The position numbers and the translations under genes were made by a program. From the human T2T-CHM13v2.0 reference genome, Homo sapiens, in assembly GCF_009914755.1 (NCBI RefSeq), contig NC_060948.1: a DNA stretch of 64,000 nucleotides; one strand, given 5' to 3'. Each line of letters starts with the position of its first letter. Position 1 is the first letter of the stretch. This document shows, in pieces, positions 20,123 through 39,451 of the stretch. The notes beneath the pieces were generated by a model. It did no database searches. It saw nothing but the letters and a program-made list of their open reading frames with translations, and had not been told where the DNA came from.

Positions 20123-22250
20123 AGATCCATAATTTTTAAATGAAAAAAAATTTCAAAGGTACTCTGCTTGGTACAATAATCAAATGTATAAACTGAGGAA
20201 TAAAACATAACCATGAAACCTACTTATAACTGCATATGGAAAATACAGAGGATAATTTTTTAAATAAAATATTTTGAAAGCCTTAACTAGTAATTTGAAG
20301 AGTTGGCATTTGAAAGGCCAGTATGAATATACCTTCAAAGCAGCAACACAGGTTCCCCATGAGAAAAAGCAAACACAGGGAAAATAAAACCACAAAGGTT
20401 CAATCTCTTCTGACCTTTGAAAGACACAGCACAGACAGTGGTTCTTAGGACGAAGAGCAGGAGACCCCTAATTCCGTCACCATGGCGATAGGGCATAAAC
20501 ATTGCTGGGTGAGGGCACAATCCACATTGTGAGGTCCAACTGCTGCCAGGAAGACAGGAGTGCTTTTACATAGACCGAAAGGTCATTGAAGGCTCAGAGT
20601 TTTGTTTCAAGAACTGAATCCCAAGCCCACACGTTATTAGGCTGCGCTTCTTAAAACAAGTTATGAGATGGGAAAAAGGGCACCCACAAACATACGTATA
20701 CATTATGTATATAATAATATACAGTATCATATATATAATATATATAACCTATGTATAATATTGTTTTACATCCTGCATCTTATGTTATATATATTGTATA
20801 AAATATAATAATTGATAATATATAAGTTTTATATTTATACAATATGACATATAGTATATATTATAATTTATGACATATATAATATATGTTATATATCATA
20901 TATAGAATATATTATACGGTTAATATACGTATTAAATATAAATTATACATTATATATATTATATATAATATATCTGTTATATATAATACCCATTATGCAT
21001 AATATATATATTATGTCTATGTTATATATAGTATAAAACAACATATAATAATATATAATTGTATATATAAAATGCGACATATAATATATATTATATTTTA
21101 TAACATATGTAATATATATTATATATTATATATAATACGTTGTATGTATAATACCTATATTAAATATATATTATATGACTATGTTATTAATTACATGTCA
21201 CATGTGTTATATATTATATATTTTACATAGAATATACCTGTTACATACAATATATACTATGTTACCTATAATGTATAATTTATTACATGTAAAATAAAGA
21301 ATGCAATATATTATGTATAATTTATAATATACCATATGTGGAATGTGATATATATAACATATAATATATGATATATGATATACAGTATATGATATATAAC
21401 ATACAATATATGATTCCTAATATATATGGTATACAATATATATTTCATGATATGTATTCTATATGTTTTATATTCTGTTATATATAACTATTTGAAATTA
21501 TATATAACTGTATAATATTTTATGTAAATATGTAATATAATATATATAACTATATAATATATTATATATAACTATATATTATGTTATATATACTTTTATA
21601 ACATAATTTGCATAAAATATCATAACATAATATATATTATATTATTTCATATTACATAATATATATTACATATCACCCAATATAACTAACATACATAATA
21701 TTATAATATAGATTATATTATGTTATATTAAATATCATATATATCATGTATCATATATTCTATAATATATATTACACATTATATAATATGTATGTTGTCT
21801 ATTATGTGATATATATAACTCTATATATAATTATATTTTTATACATATAACTAGATAAACATGTAATTCTACATATTTTCATTTATAATATGTAGAATTA
21901 TATAATCATATATAATTATTTATATTCTATAAAAAATTTTATCATTATATCAATTATAATATATAAAAATTATAATATGTACTACAAATATATATATTAT
22001 ATATCATATATGATATAGTACCTTTGTTATATATCATAATACATATAAATGTGTATTATATTATCTATAATTATATAATTTCATATATAAGATGCATAAT
22101 ATTTATTATATATTATAAATGTTATGTAATATATATAGTATATATAAGATGACACAGGATAAATATTATATACTATGACATATAAAATATATGAGGTTAT
22201 ATGTTACATATAAGGCATAGCACATAACATGTAATATATATAATCTTTAA

Positions 22251-22542
22251 TTTTTTTTTAGACAGAGTCTTGTCCTGTTGCACAGGGTGGAGTAAAATGG
22301 CGCCATCTTTGCTCACTGCAACATCTGCCTCACGGGTCCAAGCGATTGTCCTCCCTCAGCCTCCCAGGTAGCTGGGACTACACAACACTGGGACTACACC
22401 AGCTGCCACCATGCCTAGCTAATTTTTTGGATTATTAGTAGTGACAGCGTTTCACTGTATTGGCCAGGATGGTCTTGATCTCTTCACCTTGTGATCCCCT
22501 TGCCTTGGCCTCCAAATTTGCTGGGATTACAGGCCTGAGCCA
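22251..22542 (-). mobile_element. Diverged Alu, U10
   Basis: Same antisense Alu. Confidence 0.95.
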
Positions 22543-24640
22543 AGATCCATATTTTGTAAATGAAAAAAAATTTCAAAGGTACTCTGCTTGGTACAATAAT
22601 CAAATGTATAAACTGAGGAATAAAACATAACCATGAAACCTACTTATAACTGCATATGGAAAATACAGAGGATAATTTTTTAAATAACATATTTTGAAAG
22701 CCTTAACTAGTAATTTGAAGAGTTGGCATTTGAAAGGCCAGTATGAATATACCTTCAAAGCAGCAACACAGGTTCCCCATGAGAAAAAGCAAACTCAGGG
22801 AAAATAAAACCACAAAGGTTCAATCTCTTCTGACCTTTGAAAGACACAGCACAGACAGTGGTCCTTAGGACGAAGAGCAGGAGACCCCTAATTCCGTCAC
22901 CATGGCGATAGGGCATAAACACTGCTGGGTGAGGGCACAATCCACATTGTGAGGTCCAACTGCTGCCAGGAAGACAGGAGTGCTTTTACATAGACCGAAA
23001 GGTCATTGAAGGCTCAGAGTTTTGTTTCAAGAACTGAATCCCAAGCCCACACGTTATTAGGCTGCGCTTCTTAAAACAAGTTATGAGATGGGAAAAAGGG
23101 CACCCACAAACATACGTATACATTATGTATATAATCATATACAGTATCATATATATAATATATATAACCTATGTATAATATTGTTTTACATCCTGCATCT
23201 TATATTATATATATTGTGTAAAATATAATAATTGATAATATATAAGTTTTATATTTATACAATATGACATATAGTATATATTATAATTTATGACATATAT
23301 AATATATGTTATATATCATATATAGAATATATTATACGGTTAATATACGTATTAAATATAAATTATACATTATATATATTATATATAATATATCTGCTAT
23401 ATATAATACCCATTATGCATAATATATATATTATGTCTATGTTATGTATAGTATAAAACAACATATAATAATATATAATTGTATATATAAAATGCGACAT
23501 ATAATATATATTATATTTTATGACATCTGTAATATATATTATATATTATATATAATACGTTGTATGTATAATACCTATATTAAATATATATTATATGACT
23601 ATGTTATTAATTACATGTCACATATGTTATATATTATATATTTTACATAGAATATACCGGTTACATACAATATATACTATGTTACCTATAATGTATAATT
23701 TATTACATGTAAAATAAAGAATGCAATATATTATGTGTAATTTATAATATACAATATGTGGAATGTGATATATATAACATATAATATATGATATATGATA
23801 TACAGTATACGATATATAACATACAATATATGATACCTAATATATATGGTATACAATATATATTTTATGATATGTATTCTATATGTTTTATATTCTGTTA
23901 TATATAACTATTTGAAATTATATATAACTGTATAATATTTTATGTAAATATGTAATATAATATATATAACTATATAATATATTATATATAACTATATATT
24001 ATGTTATATATACTTTCATAACTTTATTTACATAAAATATCATAGTATAATATATATTATATTACTTCATATTACATAATATATATTACATATCACCCAA
24101 TATAAGTAACATACATAATATTATAATATACATTATATTATGTTTTATTAAATATAATATATATCATGTATCATATATTCTATAATATATATTACACATT
24201 ATATAATATGCATGTTGTCTATTATGTGATATATATAACTATATATATAATTATATTATTATACATATATCTAGATAAACATGTAATTCTACATATTTTC
24301 ATTTATAATATATAGAATTACATAATCATATATAATTATATTCTATAAAAAATTATATCATTATATAAATTATAATATATAAAAATTATAATATGTACTA
24401 CAAATATATATATTATATATCATATATGATATAGTACCTTTGTTATATATCATAATACATATAAATGTGTATTATGTTATCTATAATTATATAATTTCAT
24501 ATATAAGATGTATAATTATTATATATTATAAATGTTATGTAATATATATAGTATATATAAGATGACACAGGATAAATATTATATACTATGACATATAAAA
24601 TATATGAGGTTATATGTTACATATAAGGCATAGCACATAA

Positions 24641-24955
<315 letters not shown>

Positions 24956-27076
24956 AGATCCATATTTTGTAAATGAAAAAAAATTTCAAAGGTACTCTGC
25001 TTGGTACAATAATCAAATGTATAAACTGAGGAATAAAACATAACCATGAAACCTACTTATAACTGCATATGGAAAATACAGAGGATAATTTTTTAAATAA
25101 CATATTTTGAAAGCCTTAACTAGTAATTTGAAGAGTTGGCATTTGAAAGGCCAGTATGAATATACCTTCAAAGCAGCAACACAGGTTCCCCATGAGAAAA
25201 AGCAAACTCAGGGAAAATAAAACCACAAAGGTTCAATCTCTTCTGACCTTTGAAAGACACAGCACAGACAGTGGTCCTTAGGACGAAGAGCAGGAGACCC
25301 CTAATTCCGTCACCATGGCGATAGGGCATAAACACTGCTGGGTGAGGGCACAATCCACATTGTGAGGTCCAACTGCTGCCAGGAAGACAGGAGTGCTTTT
25401 ACATAGACCGAAAGGTCATTGAAGGCTCAGAGTTTTGTTTCAAGAACTGAATCCCAAGCCCACACGTTATTAGGCTGCGCTTCTTAAAACAAGTTATGAG
25501 ATGGGAAAAAGGGCACCCACAAACATACGTATACATTATGTATATAATCATATACAGTATCATATATATAATATATATAACCTATGTATAATATTGTTTT
25601 ACATCCTGCATCTTATATTATATATATTGTGTAAAATATAATAATTGATAATATATAAGTTTTATATTTATACAATATGACATATAGTATATATTATAAT
25701 TTATGACATATATAATATATGTTATATATCATATATAGAATATATTATACGGTTAATATACGTATTAAATATAAATTATACATTATATATATTATATATA
25801 ATATATCTGCTATATATAATACCCATTATGCATAATATATATATTATGTCTATGTTATGTATAGTATAAAACAACATATAATAATATATAATTGTATATA
25901 TAAAATGCGACATATAATATATATTATATTTTATGACATCTGTAATATATATTATATATTATATATAATACGTTGTATGTATAATACCTATATTAAATAT
26001 ATATTATATGACTATGTTATTAATTACATGTCACATATGTTATATATTATATATTTTACATAGAATATACCGGTTACATACAATATATACTATGTTACCT
26101 ATAATGTATAATTTATTACATGTAAAATAAAGAATGCAATATATTATGTGTAATTTATAATATACAATATGTGGAATGTGATATATATAACATATAATAT
26201 ATGATATATGATATACAGTATACGATATATAACATACAATATATGATACCTAATATATATGGTATACAATATATATTTTATGATATGTATTCTATATGTT
26301 TTATATTCTGTTATATATAACTATTTGAAATTATATATAACTGTATAATATTTTATGTAAATATGTAATATAATATATATAACTATATAATATATTATAT
26401 ATAACTATATATTATGTTATATATACTTTCATAACTTTATTTACATAAAATATCATAGTATAATATATATTATATTACTTCATATTACATAATATATATT
26501 ACATATCACCCAATATAAGTAACATACATAATATTATAATATACATTATATTATGTTTTATTAAATATAATATATATCATGTATCATATATTCTATAATA
26601 TATATTACACATTATATAATATGCATGTTGTCTATTATGTGATATATATAACTATATATATAATTATATTATTATACATATATCTAGATAAACATGTAAT
26701 TCTACATATTTTCATTTATAATATATAGAATTACATAATCATATATAATTATATTCTATAAAAAATTATATCATTATATAAATTATAATATATAAAAATT
26801 ATAATATGTACTACAAATATATATATTATATATCATATATGATATAGTACCTTTGTTATATATCATAATACATATAAATGTGTATTATGTTATCTATAAT
26901 TATATAATTTCATATATAAGATGTATAATTATTATATATTATAAATGTTATGTAATATATATAGTATATATAAGATGACACAGGATAAATATTATATACT
27001 ATGACATATAAAATATATGAGGTTATATGTTACATATAAGGCATAGCACATAACATGTAATATATATCATCTTTAA

Positions 27077-27368
27077 TTTTTTTTTAGACAGAGTCTTGTC
27101 CTGTTGCACAGGGTGGAGTAAAATGGCGCCATCTTTGCTCACTGCAACATCTGCCTCACGGGTCCAAGCGATTGTCCTCCCTCAGCCTCCCAGGTAGCTG
27201 GGACTGCACCACACTGCGACTACACCAGCTGCCACCATGCCTAGCTAATTTTTTGGATTTTTAGTAGTGACAGCGTTTCACTGTATTGGCCAGGATGGTC
27301 TTGATCTCTTCACCTTGTGATCCCCTTGCCTTGGCCTCCAAATTTGCTGGGATTACAGGCCTGAGCCA
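27077..27368 (-). mobile_element. Diverged Alu, U12
   Basis: Same antisense Alu. Confidence 0.95.
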
Positions 27369-29489
27369 AGATCCATATTTTGTAAATGAAAAAAAATTTC
27401 AAAGGTACTCTGCTTGGTACAATAATCAAATGTATAAACTGAGGAATAAAACATAAACATGAAACCTACTTATAACTGCATATGGAAAATACAGAGGATA
27501 ATTTTTTAAATAACATATTTTGAAAGCCTTAACTAGTAATTTGAAGAGTTGGCATTTGAAAGGCCAGTATGAATATACCTTCAAAGCAGCAACACAGGTT
27601 CCCCATGAGAAAAAGCAAACTCAGGGAAAATAAAACCACAAAGGTTCAATCTCTTCTGACCTTTGAAAGACACAGCACAGACAGTGGTCCTTAGGACGAA
27701 GAGCAGGAGACCCCTAATTCCGTCACCATGGCGATAGGGCATAAACACTGCTGGGTGAGGGCACAATCCACATTGTGAGGTCCAACTGCTGCCAGGAAGA
27801 CAGGAGTGCTTTTACATAGACCGAAAGGTCATTGAAGGCTCAGAGTTTTGTTTCAAGAACTGAATCCCAAGCCCACACGTTATTAGGCTGCGCTTCTTAA
27901 AACAAGTTATGAGATGGGAAAAAGGGCACTAACAAACATACGTATACATTATGTATATAATAATATACAGTATCATATATATAATATATATAACCTATGT
28001 ATAATATTGTTTTACATCCTGCATCTTATATTATATATATTGTGTAAAATATAATAATTGATAATATATAAGTTTTATATTTATACAATATGACATATAG
28101 TATATATTATAATTTATGACATATATAATATATGTTATATATCATATATAGAATATATTATACGGTTAATATACGTATTAAATATAAATTATACATTATA
28201 TATATTATATATAATATATCTGCTATATATAATACCCATTATGCATAATATATATATTATGTCTATGTTATGTATAGTATAAAACAACATATAATAATAT
28301 ATAATTGTATATATAAAATGCGACATATAATATATATTATATTTTATGACATCTGTAATATATATTATATATTATATATAATACGTTGTATGTATAATAC
28401 CTATATTAAATATATATTATATGACTATGTTATTAATTACATGTCACATATGTTATATATTATATATTTTACATAGAATATACCGGTTACATACAATATA
28501 TACTATGTTACCTATAATGTATAATTTATTACATGTAAAATAAAGAATGCAATATATTATGTGTAATTTATAATATACAATATGTGGAATGTGATATATA
28601 TAACATATAATATATGATATATGATATACAGTATACGATATATAACATACAATATATGATACCTAATATATATGGTATACAATATATATTTTATGATATG
28701 TATTCTATATGTTTTATATTCTGTTATATATAACTATTTGAAATTATATATAACTGTATAATATTTTATGTAAATATGTAATATAATATATATAACTATA
28801 TAATATATTATATATAACTATATATTATGTTATATATACTTTCATAACTTTATTTACATAAAATATCATAGTATAATATATATTATATTACTTCATATTA
28901 CATAATATATATTACATATCACCCAATATAAGTAACATACATAATATTATAATATACATTATATTATGTTTTATTAAATATAATATATATCATGTATCAT
29001 ATATTCTATAATATATATTACACATTATATAATATGCATGTTGTCTATTATGTGATATATATAACTATATATATAATTATATTATTATACATATATCTAG
29101 ATAAACATGTAATTCTACATATTTTCATTTATAATATATAGAATTACATAATCATATATAATTATATTCTATAAAAAATTATATCATTATATAAATTATA
29201 ATATATAAAAATTATAATATGTACTACAAATATATATATTATATATCATATATGATATAGTACCTTTGTTATATATCATAATACATATAAATGTGTATTA
29301 TGTTATCTATAATTATATAATTTCATATATAAGATGTATAATTATTATATATTATAAATGTTATGTAATATATATAGTATATATAAGATGACACAGGATA
29401 AATATTATATACTATGACATATAAAATATATGAGGTTATATGTTACATATAAGGCATAGCACATAACATGTAATATATATCATCTTTAA

Positions 29490-29781
29490 TTTTTTTTTAG
29501 ACAGAGTCTTGTCCTGTTGCACAGGGTGGAGTAAAATGGCGCCATCTTTGCTCACTGCAACATCTGCCTCACGGGTCCAAGCGATTGTCCTCCCTCAGCC
29601 TCCCAGGTAGCTGGGACTGCACCACACTGCGACTACACCAGCTGCCACCATGCCTAGCTAATTTTTTGGATTTTTAGTAGTGACAGCGTTTCACTGTATT
29701 GGCCAGGATGGTCTTGATCTCTTCACCTTGTGATCCCCTTGCCTTGGCCTCCAAATTTGCTGGGATTACAGGCCTGAGCCA
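29490..29781 (-). mobile_element. Diverged Alu, U13
   Basis: Same antisense Alu. Confidence 0.95.
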
Positions 29782-31886
29782 AGATCCATATTTTGTAAAT
29801 GAAAAAAAATTTCAAAGGTACTCTGCTTGGTACAATAATCAAATGTATAAACTGAGGAATAAAACATAAACATGAAACCTACTTATAACTGCATATGGAA
29901 AATACAGAGGATAATTTTTTAAATAACATATTTTGAAAGCCTTAACTAGTAATTTGAAGAGTTGGCATTTGAAAGGCCAGTATGAATATACCTTCAAAGC
30001 AGCAACACAGGTTCCCCATGAGAAAAAGCAAACTCAGGGAAAATAAAACCACAAAGGTTCAATCTCTTCTGACCTTTGAAAGACACAGCACAGACAGTGG
30101 TCCTTAGGACGAAGAGCAGGAGACCCCTAATTCCGTCACCATGGCGATAGGGCATAAACACTGCTGGGTGAGGGCACAATCCACATTGTGAGGTCCAACT
30201 GCTGCCAGGAAGACAGGAGTGCTTTTACATAGACCGAAAGGTCATTGAAGGCTCAGAGTTTTGTTTCAAGAACTGAATCCCAAGCCCACACGTTATTAGG
30301 CTGCGCTTCTTAAAACAAGTTATGAGATGGGAAAAAGGGCACTAACAAACATACGTATACATTATGTATATAATAATATACAGTATCATATATATAATAT
30401 ATATAACCTATGTATAATATTGTTTTACATCCTGCATCTTATATTATATATATTGTGTAAAATATAATAATTGATAATATATAAGTTTTATATTTATACA
30501 ATATGACATATAGTATATATTATAATTTATGACATATATAATATATGTTATATATCATATATAGAATATATTATACGGTTAATATACGTATTAAATATAA
30601 ATTATACATTATATATATTATATATAATATATCTGCTATATATAATACCCATTATGCATAATATATATATTATGTCTATGTTATGTATAGTATAAAACAA
30701 CATATAATAATATATAATTGTATATATAAAATGCGACATATAATATATATTATATTTTATGACATCTGTAATATATATTATATATTATATATAATACGTT
30801 GTATGTATAATAGCTATATTAAATATATATTATATGACTATGTTATTAATTACATGTCACATATGTTATATATTATATATTATACATAGAATATACCGGT
30901 TATATACAATATATACTATGTTACCTATAATGTATAATTTATTACATGTAAAATAAAGAATGCAATATATTATGTGTAATTTATAATATACAATATGTGG
31001 AATGTGATATATATAACATATAATATATGATATATGATATACAGTATATGATATATAACATACAATATATGATACCTAATATATATGGTATACAATATAT
31101 ATTTTATGATATGTATTCTAAATGTTTTATATTCTGTTATATATAACTGTTTGAAATTATATATAACTGTATAATATTTTATGTAAATATGTAATATAAT
31201 ATATATAACTATATAATATATTATATATAACTATATATTATGTTATATATACTTTTATAACTTTATTTACATAAAATATCATAGTATAATATATATTATA
31301 TTACTTCATATTACATAATATATATTACATATCACCCAATATAAGTAACATACATAATATTATAATATAGATTATATTATGTTATATTAAATATCATATA
31401 TATCATGTATCATATATTCTATAATATGTATTATACATTATATAATATGCATGTTGTCTATTATGTGATATATATAACTATATATATAATTATATGATTA
31501 TACATATATCTAGATAAACATGTAATTCTACATGTTTTCATTTATAATATATAGAATTACATAATCATATATAATTATTTATATTCTATAAAAAATTATA
31601 TCATTATATAAATTATAATATATAAAAATTATAATATGTACTACAAATATATATATTATATATCATATATGATATAGTACCTTTGTTATATATCATAATA
31701 CATATAAATGTGTATTATGTTATCTATAATTATATAATTTCATATATAAGATGTATAATATTTATTATATATTATAAATGTTATGTAATATATATAGTAT
31801 ATATAAGATGACACAGGATAAATATTATATACTATGACATATAAAATATATGAGGTTATATGTTACATATAAGGCATAGCACATAA

Positions 31887-32201
<315 letters not shown>

Positions 32202-34303
32202 AGATCCATATTTTGTAAATGAAAAAAAATTTCAAAGGTACTCTGCTTGGTACAATAATCAAATGTATAAACTGAGGAATAAAACATAAACATGAAACCT
32301 ACTTATAACTGCATATGGAAAATACAGAGGATAATTTTTTAAATAACATATTTTGAAAGCCTTAACTAGTAATTTGAAGAGTTGGCATTTGAAAGGCCAG
32401 TATGAATATACCTTCAAAGCAGCAACACAGGTTCCCCATGAGAAAAAGCAAACTCAGGGAAAATAAAACCACAAAGGTTCAATCTCTTCTGACCTTTGAA
32501 AGACACAGCACAGACAGTGGTCCTTAGGACGAAGAGCAGGAGACCCCTAATTCCGTCACCATGGCGATAGGGCATAAACACTGCTGGGTGAGGGCACAAT
32601 CCACATTGTGAGGTCCAACTGCTGCCAGGAAGACAGGAGTGCTTTTACATAGACCGAAAGGTCATTGAAGGCTCAGAGTTTTGTTTCAAGAACTGAATCC
32701 CAAGCCCACACGTTATTAGGCTGCGCTTCTTAAAACAAGTTATGAGATGGGAAAAAGGGCACTAACAAACATACGTATACATTATGTATATAATAATATA
32801 CAGTATCATATATATAATATATATAACCTATGTATAATATTGTTTTACATCCTGCATCTTATATTATATATATTGTGTAAAATATAATAATTGATAATAT
32901 ATAAGTTTTATATTTATACAATATGACATATAGTATATATTATAATTTATGACATATATAATATATGTTATATATCATATATAGAATATATTATACGGTT
33001 AATATACGTATTAAATATAAATTATACATTATATATATTATATATAATATATCTGCTATATATAATACCCATTATGCATAATATATATATTATGTCTATG
33101 TTATGTATAGTATAAAACAACATATAATAATATATAATTGTATATATAAAATGCGACATATAATATATATTATATTTTATGACATCTGTAATATATATTA
33201 TATATTATATATAATACATTGTATGTATAATAGCTATATTAAATATATATTATATGACTATGTTATTAATTACATGTCACATATGTTATATATTATATAT
33301 TATACATAGAATATACCGGTTATATACAATATATACTATGTTACCTATAATGTATAATTTATTACATGTAAAATAAAGAATGCAATATATTATGTGTAAT
33401 TTATAATATACAATATGTGGAATGTGATATATATAACATATAATATATGATATATGATATACAGTATATGATATATAACATACAATATATGATACCTAAT
33501 ATATATGGTATACAATATATATTTTATGATATGTATTCTAAATGTTTTATATTCTGTTATATATAACTGTTTGAAATTATATATAACTGTATAATATTTT
33601 ATGTAAATATGTAATATAATATATATAACTATATAATATATTATATATAACTATATATTATGTTATATATACTTTTATAACTTTATTTACATAAAATATC
33701 ATAGTATAATATATATTATATTACTTCATATTACATAATATATATTACATATCACCCAATATAAGTAACATACATAATATTATAATATAGATTATATTAT
33801 GTTATATTAAATATCATATATATCATGTATCATATATTCTATAATATGTATTATACATTATATAATATGCATGTTGTCTATTATGTGATATATATAACTA
33901 TATATATAATTATATGATTATACATATATCTAGATAAACATGTAATTCTACATGTTTTCATTTATAATATATAGAATTACATAATCATATATAATTATTT
34001 ATATTCTATAAAAAATTATATCATTATATAAATTATAATATATAAAAATTCTAATATGTACTACAAATATATATATTATATATCATATATGATATAGTAC
34101 CTTTGTTATATATCATAATACATATAAATGTGTATTATGTTATCTATAATTATATAATTTCATATATAAGATGTATAATTATTATATATTATAAATGTTA
34201 TGTAATATATATAGTATATATAAGATGACACAGGATAAATATTATATACTATGACATATAAAATATATGAGGTTATATGTTACATATAAGGCATAGCACA
34301 TAA

Positions 34304-34618
<315 letters not shown>

Positions 34619-36723
34619 AGATCCATATTTTGTAAATGAAAAAAAATTTCAAAGGTACTCTGCTTGGTACAATAATCAAATGTATAAACTGAGGAATAAA
34701 ACATAAGCATGAAACCTACTTATAACTGCATATGGAAAATACAGAGGATAATTTTTTAAATAACATATTTTGAAAGCCTTAACTAGTAATTTGAAGAGTT
34801 GGCATTTGAAAGGCCAGTATGAATATACCTTCAAAGCAGCAACACAGGTTCCCCATGAGAAAAAGCAAACTCAGGGAAAATAAAACCACAAAGGTTCAAT
34901 CTCTTCTGACCTTTGAAAGACACAGCACAGACAGTGGTCCTTAGGACGAAGAGCAGGAGACCCCTAATTCCGTCACCATGGCGATAGGGCATAAACACTG
35001 CTGGGTGAGGGCACAATCCACATTGTGAGGTCCAACTGCTGCCAGGAAGACAGGAGTGCTTTTACATAGACCGAAAGGTCATTGAAGGCTCAGAGTTTTG
35101 TTTCAAGAACTGAATCCCAAGCCCACACGTTATTAGGCTGCGCTTCTTAAAACAAGTTATGAGATGGGAAAAAGGGCACTAACAAACATACGTATACATT
35201 ATGTATATAATAATATACAGTATCATATATATAATATATATAACCTATGTATAATATTGTTTTACATCCTGCATCTTATATTATATATATTGTGTAAAAT
35301 ATAATAATTGATAATATATAAGTTTTATATTTATACAATATGACATATAGTATATATTATAATTTATGACATATATAATATATGTTATATATCATATATA
35401 GAATATATTATACGGTTAATATACGTATTAAATATAAATTATACATTATATATATTATATATAATATATCTGCTATATATAATACCCATTATGCATAATA
35501 TATATATTATGTCTATGTTATGTATAGTATAAAACAACATATAATAATATATAATTGTATATATAAAATGCGACATATAATATATATTATATTTTATGAC
35601 ATCTGTAATATATATTATATATTATATATAATACGTTGTATGTATAATAGCTATATTAAATATATATTATATGACTATGTTATTAATTACATGTCACATA
35701 TGTTATATATTATATATTATACATAGAATATACCGGTTATATACAATATATACTATGTTACCTATAATGTATAATTTATTACATGTAAAATAAAGAATGC
35801 AATATATTATGTGTAATTTATAATATACAATATGTGGAATGTGATATATATAACATATAATATATGATATATGATATACAGTATATGATATATAACATAC
35901 AATATATGATACCTAATATATATGGTATACAATATATATTTTATGATATGTATTCTAAATGTTTTATATTCTGTTATATATAACTGTTTGAAATTATATA
36001 TAACTGTATAATATTTTATGTAAATATGTAATATAATATATATAACTATATAATATATTATATATAACTATATATTATGTTATATATACTTTTATAACTT
36101 TATTTACATAAAATATCATAGTATAATATATATTATATTACTTCATATTACATAATATATATTACATATCACCCAATATAAGTAACATACATAATATTAT
36201 AATATAGATTATATTATGTTATATTAAATATCATATATATCATGTATCATATATTCTATAATATGTATTATACATTATATAATATGCATGTTGTCTATTA
36301 TGTGATATATATAACTATATATATAATTATATGATTATACATATATCTAGATAAACATGTAATTCTACATATTTTCATTTATAATATATAGAATTACATA
36401 ATCATATATAATTATTTATAGTCTATAAAAAATTATATCATTATATAAATTATAATATATAAAAATTATAATATGTACTACAAATATATATATTATATAT
36501 CATATATGATATAGTACCTTTGTTATATATCATAATACATATAAATGTGTATTATGTTATCTATAATTATATAATTTCATATATAAGATGCATAATATTT
36601 ATTATATATTATAAATGTTATGTAATATATATAGTATATATAAGATGACACAGGATAAATATTATATACTATGACATATAAGATATATGAGGTTATATGT
36701 TACATGTAAGGCATAGCACATAA

Positions 36724-37038
<315 letters not shown>

Positions 37039-39136
37039 AGATCCATATTTTGTAAATGAAAAAAAATTTCAAAGGTACTCTGCTTGGTACAATAATCAAA
37101 TGTATAAACTGAGGAATAAAACATAACCATGAAACCTACTTATAACTGCATATGGAAAATACAGAGGATAATTTTTTAAATAACATATTTTGAAAGCCTT
37201 AACTAGTAATTTGAAGAGTTGGCATTTGAAAGGCCAGTATGAATATACCTTCAAAGCAGCAACACAGGTTCCCCATGAGAAAAAGCAAACTCAGGGAAAA
37301 TAAAACCACAAAGGTTCAATCTCTTCTGACCTTTGAAAGACACAGCACAGACAGTGGTCCTTAGGACGAAGAGCAGGAGACCCCTAATTCCGTCACCATG
37401 GCGATAGGGCATAAACACTGCTGGGTGAGGGCACAATCCACATTGTGAGGTCCAACTGCTGCCAGGAAGACAGGAGTGCTTTTACATAGACCGAAAGGTC
37501 ATTGAAGGCTCAGAGTTTTGTTTCAAGAACTGAATCCCAAGCCCACACGTTATTAGGCTGCGCTTCTTAAAACAAGTTATGAGATGGGAAAAAGGGCACC
37601 CACAAACATACGTATACATTATGTATATAATCATATACAGTATCATATATATAATATATATAACCTATGTATAATATTGTTTTACAACCTGCATCTTATA
37701 TTATATATATTGTGTAAAATATAATAATTGATAATATATAAGTTTTATATTTATACAATATGACATATAGTATATATTATAATTTATGACATATATAATA
37801 TATGTTATATATCATATATAGAATATATTATACGGTTAATATACGTATTAAATATAAATTATACATTATATATATTATATATAATATATCTGCTATATAT
37901 AATACCCATTATGCATAATATATATATTATGTCTATGTTATTTATAGTATAAAACAACATATAATAATATATAATTGTATATATAAAATGCGACATATAA
38001 TATATATTATATTTTATGACATCTGTAATATATATTATATATTATATATAATACGTTGTATGTATAATACCTATATTAAATATATATTATATGACTATGT
38101 TATTAATTACATGTCACATATGTTATATATTATATATTTTACATAGAATATACCGGTTACATACAATATATACTATGTTACCTATAATGTATAATTTATT
38201 ACATGTAAAATAAAGAATGCAATATATTATGTGTAATTTATAATATACAATATGTGGAATGTGATATATATAACATATAATATATGATATATGATATACA
38301 GTATACGATATATAACATACAATATATGATACCTAATATATATGGTATACAATATATATTTTATGATATGTATTCTATATGTTTTATATTCTGTTATATA
38401 TAACTATTTGAAATTATATATAACTGTATAATATTTTATGTAAATATGTAATATAATATATATAACTATATAATATATTATATATAACTATATATTATGT
38501 TATATATACTTTCATAACTTTATTTACATAAAATATCATAGTATAATATATATTATATTACTTCATATTACATAATATATATTACATATCACCCAATATA
38601 AGTAACATACATAATATTATAATATACATTATATTATGTTTTATTAAATATAATATATATCATGTATCATATATTCTATAATATATATTACACATTATAT
38701 AATATGCATGTTGTCTATTATGTGATATATATAACTATATATATAATTATATTATTATACATATATCTAGATAAACATGTAATTCTACATATTTTCATTT
38801 ATAATATATAGAATTACATAATCATATATAATTATATTCTATAAAAAATTATATCATTATATAAATTATAATATATAAAAATTATAATATGTACTACAAA
38901 TATATATATTATATATCATATATGATATAGTACCTTTGTTATATATCATAATACATATAAATGTGTATTATGTTATCTATAATTATATAATTTCATATAT
39001 AAGATGTATAATTATTATATATTATAAATGTTATGTAATATATATAGTATATATAAGATGACACAGGATAAATATTATATACTATGACATATAAAATATA
39101 TGAGGTTATATGTTACATATAAGGCATAGCACATAA

Positions 39137-39451
<315 letters not shown>

